From assembly GCA_005889275.1 (NCBI GenBank), contig VBFI01000040.1, positions 22,334 to 86,333 of the forward strand: 64,000 nt of DNA. The letters are read 5' to 3'. The stretch comes from Chloroflexota bacterium (GTDB lineage Bacteria; Chloroflexota; Limnocylindria; P2-11E). Below, piece by piece: positions 26,495-34,394 of this stretch (positions are counted from its first letter, which is position 1; every line of letters begins with the position of its first letter). The position numbers and the translations under genes are program-made. The notes beneath the pieces are model-generated. The model was not told the origin of the DNA. It made no database searches and saw only the letters and a program-made list of their open reading frames with translations.

Positions 26495-27634
26495 CTAGCA
26501 CGCGCAGTAATACGCTCCCGCGGGGCCCTCGTTCAGGATCAGCTGCGCGAAGGGACCGGGATCGTCCGGGTCCCAGACCGCGTTGACCACCTCACCGGTC
26601 GTCGCGAACGGCTCGCGGGAGCGCGCGAGCAGGGCGTAGTCCCGCTCGTAGATCCAACGGAGGCCGTCGCGGACCGGACGCGCGCGCTCGCCGCGCCCCA
26701 GCGCGTCGGCGTACGCGAGCCAGGGCAGGTCCACACCGCTCGCGATCGGAAGGCCGATCCACTTCCACACCCGCGGGTTCACGTCGAGAAGCAGGTGCTC
26801 CTTGCGGTCGGGATCCCAGATGAACTCGACCTCGCTGATGCCGTGATAGCCGTACGCCTTGAGGATCGCGGTCCCCCGCTCGGCGATCTCCTGGACCTGC
26901 TCCCCCACGACCAGACATCCGGTGCCGAATCCTTCGGGGTACTGCTCGAGCTTCCGTCCCACGAAGCCGCCGCGGACCTCGCCATCCGCCGCCACGTACG
27001 AGCAGAACGAATAGAAACCACCTGGCGGGACGTCGACGATCTCCTGCGCCACGCACGCGTGCCCCGCGGCCTCGCGCGCGAACCGCAGCAGCTCCGTGGC
27101 GTTCTCCGCGCGGAACACCTTCACGCCGAAACGGTCGTAGAAGCGCCGCTGCTCAGCCGGCTTCACGATCGCCGGGTAGCGGATCGCCTTCGCCGTCGCC
27201 TTCGGATCGTCGAGCGTGTAGGTACGCGGGATGGGAATCCCGAGATGGTGCGCGTCCCGGTAGAGGCGTCGCTTGTCGAGGACCGCCTCGATCACCGAGA
27301 GCTCGCTGAACGGGATGCGGTAGCAGGTTTCGAGACGCGAGCGATAGCGCGCGACGGCCATCACCCACTCGTCGTTCGTCGGGAAGAGCACCGCGCCCTC
27401 GCCGAAATGGCTCGCGTTGTCGAGCATGTACTCGACGAAGGCCTTTTCGTCCTCGAGCGGGTTCGGACAGCGGTGGCGTTCGATCACGGCGCGCGAGGCC
27501 TGCCCGAGACCGCGCGGGTCGGGATCGAGCGCGATGACCTCGACGCCACGCGCCGCGAGCGACCGCGCCACCGCGAGCCCCGTGATGTGGCAGTTGAAGA
27601 CGAGGGCGCGCGGGGTCGTGCTAGACGCGCTCAA
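26495..27634 (-). CDS. ATP-grasp domain protein (predicted carboxylate-amine ligase)
   Basis: Protein-like sequence begins ~ALVFNCHITGLAVARSLAARG. Contains PAIVKP...E.VD and an ATP-grasp core. Likely TTG start at 27634 overlapping the upstream gene end. ORF-track N-terminal 110 aa is Ser/Thr/Arg-rich extension. Confidence 0.6.
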   Translation of the reverse strand: MSASSTTPRALVFNCHITGLAVARSLAARGVEVIALDPDPRGLGQASRAVIERHRCPNPLEDEKAFVEYMLDNASHFGEGAVLFPTNDEWVMAVARYRSRLETCYRIPFSELSVIEAVLDKRRLYRDAHHLGIPIPRTYTLDDPKATAKAIRYPAIVKPAEQRRFYDRFGVKVFRAENATELLRFAREAAGHACVAQEIVDVPPGGFYSFCSYVAADGEVRGGFVGRKLEQYPEGFGTGCLVVGEQVQEIAERGTAILKAYGYHGISEVEFIWDPDRKEHLLLDVNPRVWKWIGLPIASGVDLPWLAYADALGRGERARPVRDGLRWIYERDYALLARSREPFATTGEVVNAVWDPDDPGPFAQLILNEGPAGAYYCAC

Positions 27635-28817
27635 GAGCGCGATCGATGTCGGCGAGGATGTCCTCGGGATCCTCGATACCGACCGAGAGCCGGAGGAACC
27701 CGTCGGTGATCCCAAGCCGCCGCCGCTCGTCAGCGGGCAGGCGCCGGTGGGACGATATCGGCGGGTAGAGCACCTCGGTGAAGAGGTCGCCGATGGTCGT
27801 GGCCGAGGCGGCGAGGTCGAGCGAGTCGAGGAACCGGAATGCCGCCTCCTTGGTGTCGTCGCGGAGCTGGAAGGAGACGACCCCGCCGTAGCGGCCGCCG
27901 AACTGACGAGTGGCGAGATCGTGCTGCGGATGGTCGGGCAGGCCGGGGTAGCGCACGGCGCCAATCTTGGGATGCCCCGACAGATGGCGCGCGACCTCGA
28001 GTGCCGTCACGCACTGCCGCTCGACACGGAGGGCGAGCGTGCGCATGCCGCGGATGACGAGCCATGCCTCGTGTGGGGGGAGGTAGCCACCGTCGAGGAT
28101 CGTCCGTTCGCGCATCGCGCGCGCGAGATCCTTTGATCCGGACACGGCGCCCCCCATCACATCCCCGTGCCCGTTCAGGTACTTGGTGAGCGACTGGATG
28201 ACGATGGCCGCGCCAAGCTTCGCCGGCCGGAGGAGCACCGGTGTCGCGAACGTCGCGTCGATCGCCAGCGCCGCTCCGTGCCGTCCGGCGAGTGCCGCCA
28301 GGGCGACGACGTCGTTCACCCGAAGCAACGGGTTCGCGATCGCCTCCGCATACAGAAGCCGTGTTGGTCTCGCGCGCAGCGCCCGTTCGACCGCGGCCTG
28401 GTCGGTCGTGTCGACGAAGACGATGTCCGCCCCGCGCTCGCGCGACCATCGTTCGAAGAGCGCTCGGGTCTGCCCGTAGCAATCCTCCTGTGCGACGACG
28501 CGCCCGCCCGCGGCGAGCGCGCACGCGTCGACGGCCGCGGCGATCGCGGCCATGCCGCTCACGAAACACGTCGTCGCCTCGGCTCCTTCGAGCTCAGCGA
28601 GGGCGGCCTCGAGCGCCGCGGTCGTGGGCGTGCCGTACCGCCCATAGACATAACCGGCCCGCTCGTTGCCGAAGACCGCGTCCTGCTCGGAGGCGGAGTC
28701 GTAGGCGAACGCGACGCTCTGCACGAGTGGAGGTACGACAGGTCTTCCGTCGCCCGGGGGGAGCGAGCGGGCGGCCCGCACGACGCGCGTGCCCGCTCCC
28801 AGCTCCCTCCGGTCCAT
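27621..28817 (-). CDS. Cys/Met-metabolism PLP-dependent enzyme (CGS/OAH-sulfhydrylase/Met-gamma-lyase family), second copy
   Basis: Start at internal ATG 28817 (MDRRELGAG...). PLP lysine motif SLTKYLNGHGDVMGG. Paralogous to metB at 5484..6635. Confidence 0.8.
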   Translation of the reverse strand: MDRRELGAGTRVVRAARSLPPGDGRPVVPPLVQSVAFAYDSASEQDAVFGNERAGYVYGRYGTPTTAALEAALAELEGAEATTCFVSGMAAIAAAVDACALAAGGRVVAQEDCYGQTRALFERWSRERGADIVFVDTTDQAAVERALRARPTRLLYAEAIANPLLRVNDVVALAALAGRHGAALAIDATFATPVLLRPAKLGAAIVIQSLTKYLNGHGDVMGGAVSGSKDLARAMRERTILDGGYLPPHEAWLVIRGMRTLALRVERQCVTALEVARHLSGHPKIGAVRYPGLPDHPQHDLATRQFGGRYGGVVSFQLRDDTKEAAFRFLDSLDLAASATTIGDLFTEVLYPPISSHRRLPADERRRLGITDGFLRLSVGIEDPEDILADIDRALERV

Positions 28818-28845
28818 CAAGGGGCCAAAGGTACGCCGCTCGGCG

Positions 28846-29178
28846 TCAGCCGGCGGCGGGAGTCTCTTTTCGCTCTTCCGTCGTCGTGTGGGTCGGTGTC
28901 TCGAGAGTCTTCGCGCGTTCGATGAGGTCCGCCACCTTCTGACCGCCCTTGCGGCCGATGCGCTCGAAGTGCCCCGCGCCATACTTCGCCGTCACCGCAC
29001 GGCCGCCCTTCTTCCCGATCCGGCCGAAGAACTCCGGCCCGTACTTCGTGGCGGTGCTCGACCCGCCCTTCTTTCCGATCTTCTCGTAGAACTCGGGGCC
29101 GTACTTCTCACTCACCAACCGGCCACCCATTCGACCGGCCTCGGCGACGGTCATGCCGCCTCCTGCTTTCCGTGCCAT
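28846..29178 (-). CDS. KGG-repeat stress-induced protein (YciG-like)
   Basis: 110 aa. AAGGAG SD. Repeats YGPEFYEKIGKKGG / YGPEFFGRIGKKGG / FERIGRKGG. Confidence 0.7.
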   Translation of the reverse strand: MARKAGGGMTVAEAGRMGGRLVSEKYGPEFYEKIGKKGGSSTATKYGPEFFGRIGKKGGRAVTAKYGAGHFERIGRKGGQKVADLIERAKTLETPTHTTTEERKETPAAG

Positions 29179-29325
29179 GGCCTGCTCCTTTTGCGCGAGA
29201 TGAGCGACCCACATACGGGCAGGTGCCATGCCGAGCAGGCGGCTGGACGGCCCGTAGGGGTAACAGTTGCGCAACGATGCTCCCGTAAATGGGTCCACGT
29301 TTACTTCCGCGTACTGTGCCGAACC

Positions 29326-29916
29326 GTGGAAGCACCGAAACAGATCATCCCGAAGAGCATCGACGACTATCTCGAGCAGCTCAGCAAGGGTGTCTTTCAG
29401 GCCGGCATCAGCTGGCGCGTCGTCGACGCGAAGTGGCCTGGCATCACCAAAGCGTTCCACCGCTTCAAGGTGGAACGGGTCGCGCGGATGAGCGACCGCG
29501 AGATCGACGACGTCGCGAACGACGAGCGGGTGATCCGCAGCCGGCCGAAGATCGCGGCGGTCGTCCACAACGCACGCACGATCCTCGATCTCGAGCGCGC
29601 CGGCGGGTTCAAGCGCCATCTGGCGTCTTTCGGGGACTACGAGAGCGTCGCCACCGATCTCAAGCGGCGCTTCAAATTCGTCGGCGACAGCGGCGTCTAT
29701 CACTTCCTCTACGTCGTGCGGCAGCCCGTGCCCGAATGGCACGCCTGGGCCGAGGCGCACGGCAAGATCCGCCCGAAGGCGGCGATGGCTACGCGGCCGG
29801 GGAGATCTCGAGGTCGATCGGCTCCTCCCGCACGAACAGCGCGACCACGAGCGCGGCAATCAGCGCGACCGCGAAGCAGAACACCCCGAGGGACCCGAAC
29901 CCGAACACGTCGATGA
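29326..29916 (+). CDS. tag: DNA-3-methyladenine glycosylase I
   Basis: LSKGVFQAGISWRVVDAKW...RSRPKIAAVVHNAR...KFVGDSGVYHFL matches Tag/Adenine_glyco family. GTG start at 29326 is tentative. Arg-rich 40-aa tail overlaps the convergent MFS gene. Confidence 0.6.
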   Translation: MEAPKQIIPKSIDDYLEQLSKGVFQAGISWRVVDAKWPGITKAFHRFKVERVARMSDREIDDVANDERVIRSRPKIAAVVHNARTILDLERAGGFKRHLASFGDYESVATDLKRRFKFVGDSGVYHFLYVVRQPVPEWHAWAEAHGKIRPKAAMATRPGRSRGRSAPPARTARPRARQSARPRSRTPRGTRTRTRR

Positions 29917-30976
29917 GGATCCCGCCGATCGACGCGCCGGCGACGATGCTCGCGCTGGTCACCGACGCCGAGAGCGCAAGCATCGTCCCCCGAGCCTCGG
30001 GAACCTGCTCGGTCAAGAGCGTCGTGTTCGATGCGAAGCGCGCCCCAATGACCGCAGACAGCGCGAGATTGAGGACCGCGGTGATCGCGAGGGGTGGCGT
30101 GAGGTTCGTTTGATAGAGCAAGATCGCGCCGGAGATGGCCACGGACGCGGCGACGACGGGCTTGTGGCCGATGCGCGTGCCGAGCCTGCCGCCGAGCTGG
30201 CTGCCGACGAGAACGCCGAGCCCCTGGGTCAGCGCGAGCGATGACGCGAGACCCTGCGACAGACCAAAGACCTGCTCGAAGAACACGACGATGTACGTCG
30301 ACCAGCTGAACCAGTAAAGCGCGCCGAGAAGGCTCGACCCAACCGCGCCGATGGCCGAACGGTTGGTGACGATCGAGCGATACAGCTCGCGGACCTTCGA
30401 CGCATTGAGCGGTGTCTGCACCGGACGGAGCCGAAAAAAGAGGACGATCGAGGCGGCGAGGCAGAGGACGCCGACGATCGCGACGGAGACCCGCCAGCTC
30501 GTGGCCTCCGCGACGATACCCGCGATCGGGATGCCAACGATCGACGCCATCGTGTTCATCCCAATGACAGTCGCGATGGCGCGGGCTCGCTCGGAATAAG
30601 GGAAGTGGTCGGCGAGCGTGGCGTTCGCGTTCGGGAAGATCACCGATCCGCCGACCCCCGCGATCATGCGCGTCCCTACCAGGACCGGAAAGGTCGTGGC
30701 GAATGAAGCGAGGAGGGTGAACACGCCCATTACCGCGGCGCCCGCCACCAGGAAGCGCTTGCGGCCGAACCGGTCCGAGTACGGTCCCGCGGCGACCGCC
30801 ACGACGATGCCCGGTGCGCCGTACGCGGCGACGACCAGGCCCGCGGCACCGGTGGAGATGCCGAACTCGCCCGCGATCTGCGTGAGCACGGGCGCCATGA
30901 CCACGCTCGCGTAGACCGATGCGAAGGTGAGAAGACCCAGGACCAGGACGAGCGTGCGGCGGTCGCGCGGGCTCAA
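29789..30976 (-). CDS. MFS transporter
   Basis: TTG start at 30976 overlapping M20 stop (TTGA): LSPRDRRTLVLVLGLL... 12 TM helices; DRFGRKR motif. ORF-track N-terminal 360 aa is Arg-rich extension. Confidence 0.75.
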   Translation of the reverse strand: MSPRDRRTLVLVLGLLTFASVYASVVMAPVLTQIAGEFGISTGAAGLVVAAYGAPGIVVAVAAGPYSDRFGRKRFLVAGAAVMGVFTLLASFATTFPVLVGTRMIAGVGGSVIFPNANATLADHFPYSERARAIATVIGMNTMASIVGIPIAGIVAEATSWRVSVAIVGVLCLAASIVLFFRLRPVQTPLNASKVRELYRSIVTNRSAIGAVGSSLLGALYWFSWSTYIVVFFEQVFGLSQGLASSLALTQGLGVLVGSQLGGRLGTRIGHKPVVAASVAISGAILLYQTNLTPPLAITAVLNLALSAVIGARFASNTTLLTEQVPEARGTMLALSASVTSASIVAGASIGGILIDVFGFGSLGVFCFAVALIAALVVALFVREEPIDLEISPAA

Positions 30977-32358
30977 AGGGGACGGCCGGCGAACGTATCC
31001 AGGAAACGGCCGAACGCGCGGATGTGGTCGACGTAATCGGCGATCGCGATGTTCTCGTTCGGGGCGTGGTTTGCCGAGGCCGCGTTCCCCGAGCCGAACC
31101 CGGTCACCGGTATCCCGAGACGGTCGCAGACCTGGGCCATCGGTCCCGAGCCGGCCATGAGCGGATACACGACCGGGTCGACGCCGTAGGTCGCGCGGCA
31201 CGCCACTGCCGCGGCCCGCGCGGGGAGCGAATCGGTCGGCCATCGCGAAGGCCGCTCGCCGTGGCTCGGAACGATCTCGACGTCGCTGAACCCGCGTCGA
31301 TCGAGGTGCGCGCGAAGGAGGGTCGCCACCTTCTCGGGGGTGAGGTCGGGCACGAGGCGGAAATCGATCTTCGCGCTCGCGATCGCGGGAAGGACGGTTT
31401 TCGACCCGGCGCCGGTGTAGCCGGAGACGATCCCGCAGATCGTGCAGGTCGGCTCGTAGAAGTGCTTTCGCTTCAGCGCGAGTCCACTGAGCCCACCGAC
31501 GAATCGCGAAATCCCGTGGATGCGGAGCATCGCGGTCTCGTCGAACGGCAGGCGCTCGAGGAGCCCGAGCTCCGCGGGAGTCGGCTGCCGGACCTCTTGG
31601 GCGAAGCCATCGACCGTGATCTCGTCGCGGTCGTTCTTCAGCGTCGCGAGGGCCCAGACGAGACGCCACGCTGGGTTCGGGATGATCGTCGCGACCGACG
31701 AGTGCGCGTCCTTGGCGGCGCCACGGACGCGCAGCTCGACGTACGCGATGCCCTTCAGCCCGCACGAGATCGTCGGCCGTCCGGCCGCGTCCTTGTATCC
31801 GGCCTCCCAGATGCAGCCGTCCGCCCGCAGTCGATCGGCGTTCGCGTCGACGAACGCCGCGAGATGCGGCGAGCCGCTCTCTTCCTCGCCCTCGTACAGG
31901 ACGCGCACACGGAGTGGCAGCTCGCCGATCGTCGCGCGGTACGCCTCGATCGCCTGCAACCGCGCCATCAGGTTTCCCTTGTTGTCGGAGACGCCGCGAC
32001 CAAAGAGGTGGCCGTCGCGCTCGGTCGGCTCGAATGGGGGTGTCTCCCACTCGTCGAGCGGGTCGGGAGGCTGGACGTCGTAGTGGTTGTAGACGAGCAG
32101 GGTCCGTTCGCCGCGGCCGGTCTCCCCCACGATCGTCGGCGGCCCACCGTTGACGCTCCGCGCCGACGCGTCGATGCCGGCCCGCCGCGCGCGGTCGAGG
32201 ACGATCCGCGCGGTGTCCGCGATCCCGATGCCCTGAGCGGAGACCGTCGGCTGTCGGATGAGCGCCTTCAGCTCGTCGAGATACTGCGGAACGCGCGCGC
32301 GCACGTAGTCATCGAACTCGGTGAAGCCACCCATCAAGCGGTAGAGGCTACCGCGCAC
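30973..32358 (-). CDS. M20 family metallopeptidase/dipeptidase (ArgE/DapE/PepV-like)
   Basis: 461 aa. NHYDVQPPD, GRGVSDNKG, and Glu/His metal ligands conserved. Confidence 0.8.
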   Translation of the reverse strand: MRGSLYRLMGGFTEFDDYVRARVPQYLDELKALIRQPTVSAQGIGIADTARIVLDRARRAGIDASARSVNGGPPTIVGETGRGERTLLVYNHYDVQPPDPLDEWETPPFEPTERDGHLFGRGVSDNKGNLMARLQAIEAYRATIGELPLRVRVLYEGEEESGSPHLAAFVDANADRLRADGCIWEAGYKDAAGRPTISCGLKGIAYVELRVRGAAKDAHSSVATIIPNPAWRLVWALATLKNDRDEITVDGFAQEVRQPTPAELGLLERLPFDETAMLRIHGISRFVGGLSGLALKRKHFYEPTCTICGIVSGYTGAGSKTVLPAIASAKIDFRLVPDLTPEKVATLLRAHLDRRGFSDVEIVPSHGERPSRWPTDSLPARAAAVACRATYGVDPVVYPLMAGSGPMAQVCDRLGIPVTGFGSGNAASANHAPNENIAIADYVDHIRAFGRFLDTFAGRPL

Positions 32359-32391
32359 GAGCCGATCGCGGCCGTGCGGTGCGCGGTCTCG

Positions 32392-32691
32392 CTAAGTGGG
32401 AACGGTCGTCGTGCGGGTCTTGCTCTTGCCGAGCTCGCAGCGCGGCGACACCGGCGTGACCTCGATCCACCGCTGCTGACAGAGGTAGTGGACGATCCCA
32501 TCGACGTCCTCGAGCGTCTCGCGGCGATACACCTTCGCGCGCGGGATCATATAGACGCAGTCGCCACAGTTCGCCGGCAGCGCCGGACGAGGGCGGTTCA
32601 CCGCGCGCATGACCGCGACCGCGAAGGCAAGCCCGGCAAGCGCGAGAATGAGGACGAGCACGACGATGAAGATGAGCGCGAAGCTGCCCAT
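32392..32691 (-). CDS. small membrane-anchored protein with C-terminal 4-Cys cluster
   Basis: 99 aa. One TM helix, then CGDC...YLC...PRC. Lies upstream of M20-MFS on the same strand. Confidence 0.45.
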   Translation of the reverse strand: MGSFALIFIVVLVLILALAGLAFAVAVMRAVNRPRPALPANCGDCVYMIPRAKVYRRETLEDVDGIVHYLCQQRWIEVTPVSPRCELGKSKTRTTTVPT

Positions 32692-32740
32692 ATCCGCCGC
32701 GGCCTCCCGTCCGTACTCACGGTATCAGGAGGTCGGGACA

Positions 32741-32916
32741 TGCAGACGGTTCGGACGATCGCGTTCGCGGCGGCGATCGCGGCGGGCGTGCTGACCATGG
32801 CGTGCGGTGGCGCGGGTTCCGGCGGCAACACCGGCGCGACGCCGACGACCGCCCCGGCGCTCGGCACGAACAAGCCCGCCGCGAGCGGCGACCCGTACTC
32901 GGACACCGGCTATTAG
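32741..32916 (+). CDS. mini-lipoprotein 1 (58 aa), Gly-rich, C-terminal ...SDTGY
   Basis: AGGAGG SD plus ATG. MQTVRTIAFAAAIAAGVLTMACGGAGSGGNTGATPTTAPALGTNKPAASGDPYSDTGY. Paralog of 33867..33983. Confidence 0.5.
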
Positions 32917-33841
32917 GTTCGGGATCCATCTCGGTCATCTCGGCGGCCCGCTCGACGAGATGCGGAAGCTCTGGCGCTTCGCGGACGAGCGCGGCTTCGA
33001 CTGGTTCTCTGTCTCCGATCACTTTCAGGAGACGCCGCCGCAGGGCGGCGACGGCGCCTGCTTCGAGTCCGTCTCCACGATGGCCACGGTCGCCGCGGAG
33101 ACGACCCGCGTTCGCGTCGGGTGTCTGGTCTTCTGCGTGGGGTATCGCCATCCCGGTGTCCTCGCGAAGGCGGTCACGACGATCGACCACATCTCGGACG
33201 GGCGCGCCGACTGCGGGATCGGCGCAGGATGGGACGAGGTCGAGTTCGCCTCATATGGGCTGCGCTTCCCGCCCATTAGGGAGCGCGAAGACCAGCTCGA
33301 GGAATACGCGGAGGTCCTTCGGCTTCTCTTCGATCGCCACCGTGCCGATTTCACCGGCGCGCACTATCGCCTCGTGAACGCGCCGAACAATCCCAAGCCG
33401 CGGCAGGCACGGCTCCCGCTCTGGATCGGCGGCTCGGGCGAGAAACGTACCCTCCGCACGGTCGCGCGCTTCGCGGATGGCTGGAACGCTCCGTATCTTT
33501 CCCCGGACGAGTGGCGCCGGAAGAGCGCCGTCCTGGACGGCTGGTGCGCGAAGGCAGACCGTGATCCGGCGGCGATCGCGCGGACGATCAACGTCGGCTT
33601 CTACATGGGCGCGGACGAGCGCGGCGCGCGGCGACATGAGGAGCTGTACCAAAAGCACTGGGCGAACGACCCGCGCGGCATGACCGGATTTCTCCGCGGC
33701 ACGCCCGCCGAGGCGACGGAGACGGTCGCCGCGTTCGCCGGCGCCGGCGCGTACCGGATGAACATCGCTCTTCGCGAGGGCCCGTACGACTGGGAAGCGC
33801 TCGAAGCGTTCGCTGCCACGATCATGCCGCGTTTTGCGTGA
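32912..33841 (+). CDS. LLM-class flavin/F420-dependent oxidoreductase; start codon non-canonical or unresolved
   Basis: Conserved LLM N-terminus IRFGIHLGHLGGPLDEMRKLWRFADERGFDWFSVSDH begins at an ATT overlapping the upstream TAG. First in-frame ATG (32960) would truncate it. ORF-track ATG at 32807 gives an Arg-rich overlap with the lipoprotein gene. Confidence 0.65.
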   Translation: MRFGIHLGHLGGPLDEMRKLWRFADERGFDWFSVSDHFQETPPQGGDGACFESVSTMATVAAETTRVRVGCLVFCVGYRHPGVLAKAVTTIDHISDGRADCGIGAGWDEVEFASYGLRFPPIREREDQLEEYAEVLRLLFDRHRADFTGAHYRLVNAPNNPKPRQARLPLWIGGSGEKRTLRTVARFADGWNAPYLSPDEWRRKSAVLDGWCAKADRDPAAIARTINVGFYMGADERGARRHEELYQKHWANDPRGMTGFLRGTPAEATETVAAFAGAGAYRMNIALREGPYDWEALEAFAATIMPRFA

Positions 33842-33866
33842 GCACATCTGAAAAGGAGAGCAACTG

Positions 33867-33983
33867 ATGCGCAATCTGGTCATCGCCATGTTCTTGCTCG
33901 TCGCTCTCGTCGGCGCGGGCGGAGCGTCCTGCGGCTACGGCGGGAGCGGCGACAACAAGCCATCGCAAAGCGTCGGCTATTAG
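33867..33983 (+). CDS. mini-lipoprotein 2 (38 aa), C-terminal ...SVGY; missed by ORF track
   Basis: AAAAGGAGAG SD plus ATG. MRNLVIAMFLLVALVGAGGASCGYGGSGDNKPSQSVGY. Shares CG.GGSG.N...KP...GY pattern with 32741..32916. Confidence 0.45.
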   Translation: MRNLVIAMFLLVALVGAGGASCGYGGSGDNKPSQSVGY

Positions 33984-34041
33984 CGACCAGCCGCGACTTC
34001 GCGTCGAGCCGTTCACGACCGAAGGCACCGCCGCGGGATGG

Positions 34042-34365
34042 ATGGTCCGATGGCGGCTGCGCAACGACGGCCAGAGACCGCTTCGGCTGGTCAGCGCGCT
34101 GCAGCCGCACGCCCGTTTCCACACCGAAGAGGTCGACATCGGGCCCGAGCTCCCGCCCGGCGGCAGGGCCGAGCTGGCGCTGCCGGTGCGCTTCAGCGAG
34201 CCGCCCGGGACCGTCGTGGAGAACCCCTTCCTCATCGTGCGCGTCCGCGAGCGCGACACCGAGTGGCGGGTCCTCGCGCGGGTCCGCGTGACCGCGGGTC
34301 ACGACGGCGAGCCGATGGCGGGTGACTCGGTCGCCCTCAGCGTCGACCGTGTCGGAGACGACTGA
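34042..34365 (+). CDS. hypothetical protein
   Basis: 107-aa ORF with GC3 bias; no family recognised. Start uncertain. Confidence 0.3.
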   Translation: MVRWRLRNDGQRPLRLVSALQPHARFHTEEVDIGPELPPGGRAELALPVRFSEPPGTVVENPFLIVRVRERDTEWRVLARVRVTAGHDGEPMAGDSVALSVDRVGDD

Positions 34366-34394
34366 GCTGGCACCGGCGGTGCATTTACGAGGGT

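Noticed and set aside
31024-32916. 630-aa plus-strand ORF spanning the M20 gene antisense
   Set aside because: Only its last 58 codons (the mini-lipoprotein with SD at 32741) look real. The rest is antisense shadow of the M20 peptidase gene.
33251-33889. 212-aa minus-strand ORF over the LLM gene
   Set aside because: Antisense shadow; no features.
32741-33983. Mycofactocin/PQQ-type RiPP cluster
   Set aside because: C-terminal Gly-Tyr peptides next to an oxidoreductase prompted the idea. But there is no radical-SAM, MftB/PqqD-like or peptidase gene in the window, and both peptides carry export signals. Kept only as a speculative analogy in the finding.
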